Assembly: GCA_035285545.1 (NCBI GenBank)
Contig: JAYKGY010000011.1
Span: forward strand, 1 to 10,966
Reading direction: 5' to 3'
Origin: Snowella sp.
Lineage (GTDB): Bacteria; Cyanobacteriota; Cyanobacteriia; Cyanobacteriales; Microcystaceae
DNA: 10,966 bases
Positions 1-6,662 of the stretch are shown here, one piece after another (the first letter of the stretch is position 1; each line of letters starts with the position of its first letter). The position numbers and the translations under genes are program-made. Under the pieces are notes generated by a model. It was not told the DNA's origin. It did no database searches and worked only from the letters and a program-made list of their open reading frames with translations.

Positions 1-166
1 TAACAAAGGTGGTTCCGGTCAGCCAACCACCGAGGGCCATATAGGCGCAGGGAAACAACAGTAACCCTGACCAACCGATAAAAACGAAACGATCGCGCTT
101 TAACCAGTCATCGAGGGCATCAAACCATCCCTGTTCTACTGGGGCGCGTCCGACTGCAATCGTCAT
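1..166 (-). CDS. psbD: Photosystem II D2 protein, 5' part (runs off the left edge)
   Basis: Manual translation from ATG at 166 gives [55 protein letters not shown], the D2 N-terminus. GGAGA SD at 175-179. psbD1 and psbD2 cannot be distinguished here. Confidence 0.98.
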   Translation of the reverse strand, partial: MTIAVGRAPVEQGWFDALDDWLKRDRFVFIGWSGLLLFPCAYMALGGWLTGTTFV

Positions 167-275
167 CGCACAAATCTCCGAATAATAATAAGTACGGAAT
201 GTAAAACTACCACATCAAGTTAAAAATTGGTTCCTAATGTTCGGAAGCAGAAGTTTAACCCAAATGTGAGAAATC

Positions 276-300
276 TTTACTTTTCTTAACTTACACTATA
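276..300 (-). promoter_or_regulatory. Putative psbD -10 box (TATAGT, 300-295) with an adjacent degenerate HLR1/RpaB-type direct repeat (276-293)
   Basis: Plus strand TTTACTTT-TC-TTAACTTA resembles (G/T)TTACA(T/A)(T/A)-N2 repeated twice, with 3 mismatches, and overlaps the expected TSS. HLR1 sites are known at PSII reaction-centre gene promoters. Confidence 0.45.
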
Positions 301-435
301 TTAAAGGAAATGACGAAAGGTTTCCACCCTAATTCTTAACAAAAGCTAAAATTTTACCTGTAGGCTAAAAAGGTGGGGATCACGGTTGATGATGCCAGAT
401 AACCGCCGCTCGCGTTTTTTATTGTCGGAGTATCC

Positions 436-711
436 ATGATTAGTATTAATGTCACGTTAAAGTATTCACCCATGCCCATTTCCGTTGAACGTAAAGAAAA
501 AGACGATGCCGACGCGCTCTATGCCCAGATCACCAATGCCATGCGATCGCCGACTCCCGAATTATTAGAATTAACCTGCGACAAGCAGACCGAAAAGAAA
601 GTCGGAATTATGAGCGATCAAATTAGTGCCGTTATCGTTTCTCAGAAAGATGGCTCTGCCGTTGCGGGCAAAGTCCCCGGTTTCTTCGCATTAGCCCAAG
701 CTGATAGCTAA
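436..711 (+). CDS. Conserved cyanobacterial small protein, UPF0367 family
   Basis: 91 aa with the pattern TLK..P.P.SV.RK...DA.ALY.QI..AM......LELTCDKQ.EKK. GGAG SD at 427-430. Contains a HIP1 site at 543. Confidence 0.8.
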   Translation: MISINVTLKYSPMPISVERKEKDDADALYAQITNAMRSPTPELLELTCDKQTEKKVGIMSDQISAVIVSQKDGSAVAGKVPGFFALAQADS

Positions 712-727
712 ATTGCATTAATCACCA

Positions 728-765
728 TCAGGAGTTAGTAATCTCCCTTTCTTACTAACTTCTGA
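728..765 (+). terminator. 14-bp stem-loop downstream of the UPF0367 gene (terminator or mRNA 3' stabiliser)
   Basis: TCAGGAGTTAGTAA (728-741) pairs with TTACTAACTTCTGA (752-765), with one G-U pair and a 10-nt loop. No strong U-tract follows. Confidence 0.65.
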
Positions 766-779
766 GAATTTACACAGAT

Positions 780-803
780 TACCTCAAGTTTTACAAAATA
801 TTA
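780..803 (+). repeat. Left copy of a 24-bp imperfect direct repeat (partner 4212-4235)
   Basis: TACCTCAAGTTTTACAAAATATTA vs TAACTCAAGTTTTATAAAATCTTA, 21/24 identical. Confidence 0.6.
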
Positions 804-906
804 GAATATATTTGAAAAGCCTCCTAAATATTAGAGAATTTAGGGAGAACAAGAAAACTTTGCAAACAGATTCTTCTTCCCCTATCCAAATAATCTTTTT
901 TACGTA

Positions 907-933
907 GGGATTTAACCCCTATTAAATCCTTTT
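907..933. terminator. Hairpin between the convergent genes
   Basis: GGATTTAA (908-915) pairs with TTAAATCC (922-929), 6-nt loop, followed by TTTT on the plus strand. About 20 bp past the stop codon of the membrane protein gene. Confidence 0.45.
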
Positions 934-951
934 GATGTTTAATGGGTTGCT

Positions 952-2766
952 CTACTCCTCATCTTGAAGAGGGCTTGTTTGTTCACTGTTATTAGTAATT
1001 CCAGAAAAATTTTTCTGTTCGGTAGAGTCACTAGGGAGGAAAGGATTTGCAAACGTCTGTTCCGAATACTGAGAGTCAGGATTATAAATAGTTAGCTTAT
1101 TGATATCTTTTGCATTTTCATTCCAACCTTGTGCTTTAGGATCCTCGATAACAAGTTCTAAGTATTTAAATAAGCTTAGATCACTAGGATTGTTTTCTGA
1201 AATTTCATTCAGTCTTTTAACTGAACTGAGAGGAATCTGCTTGCTCTGATTTAACTTGAAAGTACCGTCGGAAGAAAGATTACTGCCTTGAATTTTCAAT
1301 ACAAGAGAGTTTCCCTCACGACTAGATTCAATAGTATTGATGAAAGGGCCGGGTTTACGCGCAAGTTTTCCCCCAAGGTAACCGGCAGAGCTAATCCCCA
1401 TCAATTCTAAAAAACCAGAAGGAATTTGAGGTAAATCCTTAATTTGCTCAGGACTCTGCCATAGCACAACAAAAAGATAAGCCAGTACACCTAATACAGT
1501 CCAGAGCAAAAACTGAAATCTTTCAGGTGCAACAACTCCTCCGGTTGTGATCAAATTTGAAAACTCTGGCTTTATATTTCCTCCGCCTTTTGAACCTTTC
1601 GTTGTTGTAATTCCTTCAGACACTACTGTTGTAGTTGCACTGATCAAAACAATACCAGGCAACCCGTCAGGGATATCGATGAATTCCAATTGCCCCTGAA
1701 CCAAACTACGAGATAACATTAAATACAGATAGCTAAAAATAGCAACGCCTGTCCACAGATAGAATTGTAATCGAGTCAGGCTATACGTATTTGTTTTTTG
1801 ATCAATAAGGAGTGCGCTCCAAAAACCATACTTTGTTTTCTCAATATTTAAATCAAGCTCACTAGAAGAACTAGAAGAACTACCCTTTTTAATAAAGAAA
1901 ACAATCATTGCTACTAAAGCTAAAAAAATTCCCAAGGTAATCAAGAACGGAGAGTTGCGATCTACAGGGGATAAAGTAAGCAAATACGAAGGTGTTGACT
2001 CGGTTTCTCCAACACGAATTTGAAGCCCGACACCGCCGTTGTAATCCCGCTTTGGAATATTACTAAATTTAATTTGCCGACTATTAAGCACTTGCCCTTT
2101 GATAGAGGATGACTCACAGTCTTTTTCGTTTTCCCAACATACCTCGACTTCTTTTCCTTCCGCAAAAGTTTTATCAGCTTTTTTTATGGTTGAAATTATC
2201 AGTTTATTATCTTTTCCTTTTTCGCTAAATCCACTACCTATGACATCAAAAGAATAAGTTTCATTCTCTGGAAAGGCTACAATCTTAGATACAGAATCTA
2301 TTTTGGGAGATAAGAACCCTGCTTCACTTACTATCTGAAGCTTTTTAGATGAATCGTTTTTAATAATAATTGGAATAGATCTTTTGTTTTGACTAATTGA
2401 CTGCCCGTTTTCTATCGTTTGATCAGAAAGGATATCAATTTTTGCAATATAACTGTTTAATTCTACGTTTTTGGGAATATTAAATTCAACTGACTTAGAC
2501 TCCTTGTCAATAGCATTTGCAGAAACTACTTTTTTGCCATTCAGCATCAAAAATATATTTTCTGGTTGAGAAAGTTTATCCATTGGCAGATTGCTAGTAA
2601 CAATAAGCGTCGTGCCGCGAGATACACTGTCTGTGTCTAAAGTAAAAGTTTCTTGCCCTAAGCTAGGTGACACACAAAACAAGAAGATAATGCTAGATAA
2701 AAACACAAGTTTCAAAACTTGTAAAACTTTTTTGAAGGGGATAATTGGGGATATTTTGAAAAACAT
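952..2766 (-). CDS. Uncharacterised multi-pass membrane protein with signal peptide, IPT/TIG (Ig-like) segments and a duplicated membrane module
   Basis: The track ORF is 952..2919, but ATG 2766 has an AAGGAAGG SD 8 nt upstream and yields a signal-peptide-like N-terminus (MFFK..KK..LVFLSSIIFLFCVSPSLG/QE). TIG-like motifs PKIDSVS...VIGSGF and PFINTI...IQGSNL. TM segment PFLITLGIFLALVAMIVFFI. Two RxQFxLWT modules. Confidence 0.75.
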   Translation of the reverse strand: MFFKISPIIPFKKVLQVLKLVFLSSIIFLFCVSPSLGQETFTLDTDSVSRGTTLIVTSNLPMDKLSQPENIFLMLNGKKVVSANAIDKESKSVEFNIPKNVELNSYIAKIDILSDQTIENGQSISQNKRSIPIIIKNDSSKKLQIVSEAGFLSPKIDSVSKIVAFPENETYSFDVIGSGFSEKGKDNKLIISTIKKADKTFAEGKEVEVCWENEKDCESSSIKGQVLNSRQIKFSNIPKRDYNGGVGLQIRVGETESTPSYLLTLSPVDRNSPFLITLGIFLALVAMIVFFIKKGSSSSSSSELDLNIEKTKYGFWSALLIDQKTNTYSLTRLQFYLWTGVAIFSYLYLMLSRSLVQGQLEFIDIPDGLPGIVLISATTTVVSEGITTTKGSKGGGNIKPEFSNLITTGGVVAPERFQFLLWTVLGVLAYLFVVLWQSPEQIKDLPQIPSGFLELMGISSAGYLGGKLARKPGPFINTIESSREGNSLVLKIQGSNLSSDGTFKLNQSKQIPLSSVKRLNEISENNPSDLSLFKYLELVIEDPKAQGWNENAKDINKLTIYNPDSQYSEQTFANPFLPSDSTEQKNFSGITNNSEQTSPLQDEE

Positions 2767-3038
2767 TAATCGAGCCTTCCTTATTTTTAAAAATATTTTT
2801 TTCACAAAAACATCTCTCTTAAAAGATAGATTCAAAAAACAAATAACATAGTTAGTCACAATAACTAAAAAACTTAATAACCAGGATTTGAATGAGTAAA
2901 AAGCCTTAAAATTCAACATCCTGGTATTTAAAAATTATCGAAATGTCTAGAGTTGATCGTTGAGTAATTAATTTTGCAATTCTGTTTTTCCAATCAATTC
3001 TAGATTAATAGGTCAGAAATCCGTCCATAGTATTTGAA

Positions 3039-3791
3039 CTAATAGTTCCATCGGACACCTTTAACTCCTCCCGTTTTCCACCCTTTGCCGTTGCGAGTAT
3101 CGAGATGAACAAACCCTCTTTTAGCCCCGTAACCTAATGCACCAAACCAATCTTTATCAAGCCAATCTTGAAGTTTATGAATATTACCTTGAGCAGGTTG
3201 AATATCTACACCACGACCATAAATATGTTGAGAATCATAAGCTCCCCTCACAGAACGGTTTACATCATGGGGATAGCCTAATCGCGTGCTCGGTCGAAAC
3301 CAACTGGTCACCACAATAGCAGATCCCCAGTCTTCTCGAATTTTATCCAATTCCTTTGCCAAAGCGAGAATATTCTTTTCCTCTGCACTATTGGATTTGG
3401 GTCGGCGTTTTATATCGTTTTTTGTCACTTCGCCTACCGTAAAATATTGACTGATCAGTTGGCTCCCGTTACTCCAATCGATTGTGCCTGGCGTTGCAAT
3501 GACTGATGTTACTGGGGCACTATTAGTTGTTGAGGACGGAGGATCGTCTTTTTCCTCGCTTTCCCAGGTTGTTTCCCAATGGCCGTCCTCTTCATAGTCA
3601 TAGATATACCATTCACCGGAACCATATCCGAGTTTGACCCAGAAGTGTCCATCTTCTACTAACTTATACTCTTCTACAGGATAGATTTTACCCGCTGGAA
3701 CAGCTACTTTTTCATTTTCACTGAGTTGGGTGGATTGGATAGGACGTTTTTTCAAAAAAGTATTAGTGCTTGCTGTAATGGTGTGTTGCAT
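3039..3791 (-). CDS. Peptidase M15A family Zn-metallopeptidase (peptidoglycan hydrolase) with an N-terminal SH3-like domain
   Basis: C-terminal motifs YFTVGE, TSWFRP, SQHIYGRGVD (SxHxxGxAxD-like) and GFVHLDTR. Pro/Ser/Thr linker. N-terminal domain T.LKK.P.QS..L...EK...GH..V.L...WY.Y typical of cyanobacterial cell-wall enzymes. AGAGGG SD at 3797-3802. No signal peptide. Confidence 0.88.
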   Translation of the reverse strand: MQHTITASTNTFLKKRPIQSTQLSENEKVAVPAGKIYPVEEYKLVEDGHFWVKLGYGSGEWYIYDYEEDGHWETTWESEEKDDPPSSTTNSAPVTSVIATPGTIDWSNGSQLISQYFTVGEVTKNDIKRRPKSNSAEEKNILALAKELDKIREDWGSAIVVTSWFRPSTRLGYPHDVNRSVRGAYDSQHIYGRGVDIQPAQGNIHKLQDWLDKDWFGALGYGAKRGFVHLDTRNGKGWKTGGVKGVRWNY

Positions 3792-3825
3792 TCTGGCCCT
3801 CTTTCGTTTGTTAACATGTTATGAT

Positions 3826-3862
3826 TTTTGCAGATTTGCAAGATTTCTTTTGCAGATTTGCA
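3826..3862. repeat. Perfect 15-bp direct repeat TTTTGCAGATTTGCA, two copies, 22-bp period
   Basis: Copies at 3826-3840 and 3848-3862, in the predicted 5' UTR of the M15 gene. Confidence 0.9.
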
Positions 3863-3878
3863 GAACTTTTGAAGGATG

Positions 3879-3907
3879 ATTATAAGCTCTGATCAGATTC
3901 TTGTCAA
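3879..3907 (-). promoter_or_regulatory. Perfect-consensus sigma70-type promoter for the M15/membrane protein module
   Basis: Minus strand TTGACA (3907-3902), 17 nt, TATAAT (3884-3879). Predicted TSS near 3872, about 80 nt before ATG 3791. The spacer contains the palindrome TCTGATCAGA (3888-3897). Confidence 0.85.
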
Positions 3908-4025
3908 TCGAAATAGAAAAAGTTAAGGACGCACACCATACGTCGTTTTACTGACGGACACTTTTGACATAATTCAAGTGAGTGAGTTACTCCATGGGTA
4001 AATAGTTTTTGGATTTATAGGGCTT

Positions 4026-4103
4026 CTAAAAAATCAGCGGAAGGAAATCATCGTCTAGAATATTAGATTTTCTCGTTCTTAGTTGCAAATTGTATTGAGT
4101 CAT
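4026..4103 (-). CDS. Candidate small ORF, 25 aa (MTQYNLQLRTRKSNILDDDFLPLIF)
   Basis: ATG at 4103, GAGGA SD at 4117-4113 (9-nt spacing), TAG at 4028-4026. No recognised homology. Confidence 0.25.
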   Translation of the reverse strand: MTQYNLQLRTRKSNILDDDFLPLIF

Positions 4104-4179
4104 CTTTGTTTATCCTCATTTTTGTATCAACTTACAAGCTCAAAAATCATCTATTTAGAGAGGATTACTGATTCTTTAA

Positions 4180-4205
4180 TCTAACTTTTCAGTCTAACCT
4201 TTCAG
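4180..4205. repeat. 13-bp tandem duplication TCTAAC(T/C)TTTCAG, two copies
   Basis: 4180-4192 and 4193-4205, one mismatch. Confidence 0.8.
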
Positions 4206-4211
4206 TAAAAC

Positions 4212-4235
4212 TAACTCAAGTTTTATAAAATCTTA
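4212..4235 (+). repeat. Right copy of the 24-bp imperfect direct repeat (partner 780-803)
   Basis: 21/24 identity with 780-803. Confidence 0.6.
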
Positions 4236-4503
4236 ACATTGATCTGATACTACGATTTCCTAAACCTAATACATATGTTGAGGAATCAAATTAATCTTTT
4301 TATTGATTTTATTAAAAATAATTTTTGTTGCAATCCTGCTACTTTTAATTGGTGGCTTTATTTCAATATTTTCTATCTTTTGAACATATTTTTGGCAAGT
4401 TTCATTTATTAGTTCATCATAGTATTAATCGCAGTTTTTTACATTACGATGTTTTAACGAAAAACCCATTAGTTTTATTAGATGATTTTTTAGGAGCCTT
4501 GCC

Positions 4504-5628
4504 CTATTTTATGTTTGTTTCTTTTAGAAAATGTTCAAGATTAGGCACAGTAACCCATTGCTTTTGCTCATGGGATTGGTGGGTTAAGTCCATTAATAAT
4601 TGGGAGTAAACGCCTTCTTTCAATGATGGAACCAACGATTGGCCTTGATCAATACCTTCTACCCAGCGATCAATCACGCGAATGAAGGGGGCTAAACGAC
4701 CATCTGTAAAAACTTGAGGAAAGGCTAAACGTTTGGGGATTTCAACTTCAGCTAATGATTTACCCGCAGGAGCCGCCATTAATCGGAATCCATGCACATA
4801 ATCCTTGAGGTTATCACTGCCTAAAACGAGGGTTCCTTGATCGCCGTAAACTTCAATCCAATGCCCGCGCCCTTCGTAGGTGACAGAACTCAAGGATAAT
4901 TGACAGGGAATATTATTTACCAATTCCAGCAGGAGTAAACAGGTATCATCCGCCGTCACGGGTTTAAGCTGATTATTATCATTCGGATTGGGACGTTCGG
5001 GAATGGCACAACTGAGATGGGCACACAACCGTTGAATCGGGCCAAAGAGCCAGTTAATGTAGTCAAAGGCATGGGAGCCGATCGCGCCTAATGCGCCTCC
5101 CCCTTTCTCTTGTTGAGCATACCAATTCCAAGGGCGTTCAGGATTAGCTCGACTGGTTACTAACCAATCAATTTTAATTAAGCGAATATTGCCCACATAG
5201 CCCTGTTCTAAATATTCCGCCAACAGTTGCCAGGCAGGAACAAAACGAAATTCAAAGTCAGCGATCGCGGTTACGCCCTTTTGTTTAGCTAAATGATAAA
5301 GTTCACGGGTTTCTGTTGCTGTCAGGGTCATCGGTTTTTCGAGTAACAAATGCTTTCCTGCTTCTAGCACCTGTTTAGCCATTTCATAATGCAAAAAAGG
5401 AGGCGTTGCAATACTCACCGCATCCACTTCAGGTAATTTCAATAATTTCTCTAATTGATTGTGGGCATGGGGAATATGATAAGTATCCGCGATCGCTTTT
5501 GCTTTGCCTAAATCGTGGTGATAAACCGCTACTAATTCTGTACGGGGATGGTGTTGAAAGCCTGGAATATGAATGGCTTTTCCAAAACCTGTCCCGACCA
5601 CTGCCACACCAATTTTTGAATCTTTCAT
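4504..5628 (-). CDS. Gfo/Idh/MocA family NAD(P)-dependent oxidoreductase
   Basis: Motifs VVGTGFG (Rossmann), ATPPFLH, HLLLEKPM and GGGALGAIGSHAFD. ATG 5628 (MKDSKIGVAVVG) lies 5 nt after the speB stop and is preferred over the overlapping start at 5649. Confidence 0.93.
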   Translation of the reverse strand: MKDSKIGVAVVGTGFGKAIHIPGFQHHPRTELVAVYHHDLGKAKAIADTYHIPHAHNQLEKLLKLPEVDAVSIATPPFLHYEMAKQVLEAGKHLLLEKPMTLTATETRELYHLAKQKGVTAIADFEFRFVPAWQLLAEYLEQGYVGNIRLIKIDWLVTSRANPERPWNWYAQQEKGGGALGAIGSHAFDYINWLFGPIQRLCAHLSCAIPERPNPNDNNQLKPVTADDTCLLLLELVNNIPCQLSLSSVTYEGRGHWIEVYGDQGTLVLGSDNLKDYVHGFRLMAAPAGKSLAEVEIPKRLAFPQVFTDGRLAPFIRVIDRWVEGIDQGQSLVPSLKEGVYSQLLMDLTHQSHEQKQWVTVPNLEHFLKETNIK

Positions 5629-5633
5629 AACCC

Positions 5634-6542
5634 TTAATTTGAACGACAAAAAGCGTGATAACCAATCAATTTATAAATCAATTTAGCCGTTGAAAATTCC
5701 GATACGACCGAATCAACAACGGGGGCTAATTCCATGACATCACAACCGATCACCTCGTGGGTTTCAAATACCCGCCTTAAAAAACGCAGGGTTTCATACC
5801 AGCCCATGCCGCCAGGTTCGGGCGTTCCCACTCCTGGAATTAAGCTGGGGTCAATGCCGTCCACATCAATGGTGATAAATACTTTTTGGGTTTTAATTTG
5901 ACTAATCGCTTTTTCAATCCACTGGGGATCGAAGGCCATTTCTCTCGCCCAGATCACAGAAATTTGGTTGGACTGGATTAAATCGGCTTCTTCTTTACAG
6001 ATCGCCCGAATGCCGACAGGTAAGGTGGGTAAACCCATTTCTAAAACTCGACGCATCACGCAGGCATGATTATGCAGAGAACCTTCAAATTCATAACGCA
6101 TATCCCCATGAGCATCGATTTGTACGACGGTAAAGGGTTCAGCTAACGCTTGTTGATAGGCTCGCACCAGTCCTGTTGTAATGGCGTGTTCTCCCCCAAT
6201 CCCCACGACAAATTTTTGATCTTGGATGAGTTGCGCGATCGCGGTTGTGGTTTCCGTTAACATTTCTTCGGCTGTCAAATCGGGACGAGAACGGGTATCG
6301 GCAATGTATGGAGCCGTGTAAATTCCCACCTCATGGCAGGTTTCTTTTTGTAATTCTTCGTCGTAGGCTTCCAGTTGATCGGAGGCATCTAAAACCGCAT
6401 CAGGGCCATGCTCACAGCCTTTTCGATAGGTCGTTGTGGCTTCGTAGGGAATCGGCACAATTACCGCTTTAGCAGTTTCGTAGGGGGTTTCTGCTTCTGA
6501 GCCAAGAAATTGTTTAACGGTCGGGCGCGTCTGTAACAGCAT
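5634..6542 (-). CDS. speB: Agmatinase (ureohydrolase family)
   Basis: Motifs GGEHAIT, DAHGD, TIDVDGID, GTPEPGG and ELAP. The N-terminal PIPYEATTTYRKGCEHGP is typical of cyanobacterial agmatinase. Confidence 0.92.
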   Translation of the reverse strand: MLLQTRPTVKQFLGSEAETPYETAKAVIVPIPYEATTTYRKGCEHGPDAVLDASDQLEAYDEELQKETCHEVGIYTAPYIADTRSRPDLTAEEMLTETTTAIAQLIQDQKFVVGIGGEHAITTGLVRAYQQALAEPFTVVQIDAHGDMRYEFEGSLHNHACVMRRVLEMGLPTLPVGIRAICKEEADLIQSNQISVIWAREMAFDPQWIEKAISQIKTQKVFITIDVDGIDPSLIPGVGTPEPGGMGWYETLRFLRRVFETHEVIGCDVMELAPVVDSVVSEFSTAKLIYKLIGYHAFCRSN

Positions 6543-6662
6543 TCTATTTTGTCAAATCATCCAAATCGTATGATAACGGATTTACGCAACCATCCGCGAT
6601 CGCAATGAGAGTGAATGTAATACAATAGCAAGATTGAAAATCAAAAATTTTTAGGATTGACA

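Noticed and set aside
1861..1881. 9-bp tandem ACTAGAAGA repeat as a phase-variation tract
   Set aside because: It is in frame and simply encodes a Ser7 linker. Slippage would not shift the frame.
2767..2919. 51-codon N-terminal extension of the 655-aa ORF
   Set aside because: Low-complexity AT-rich translation. ATG 2766 has a strong SD and places a signal peptide at the N-terminus.
1962..3319. ORFs 1962..2165(-), 2591..2851(+) and 3137..3319(+)
   Set aside because: Shadow frames overlapping longer supported genes, with no recognisable motifs.
952..3791. Prophage lysis cassette
   Set aside because: No phage genes are nearby, and the partner protein is far larger and more complex than a canonical holin.
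4122..4137. NtcA box
   Set aside because: The spacing is GTA-N6-TAC, not the canonical N8.
3792..4503. CRISPR array or tRNA in the long intergenic region
   Set aside because: No regularly spaced repeats with unique spacers, no cloverleaf or T-loop motif, and no cas genes.
4349..4609. 86-aa plus-strand ORF
   Set aside because: TTG start without an SD, overlaps the oxidoreductase 3' end in antisense, and has no motifs.
4504..5628. Biliverdin reductase bvdR
   Set aside because: Same superfamily, but I see no BvdR-specific features, so the call stays at family level.
5634..6660. Guanidine hydrolase (GdmH) with an upstream riboswitch
   Set aside because: The length, N-terminus and DAHGD/TPEPGG motifs fit agmatinase. 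The short divergent upstream region shows no riboswitch-like structure.
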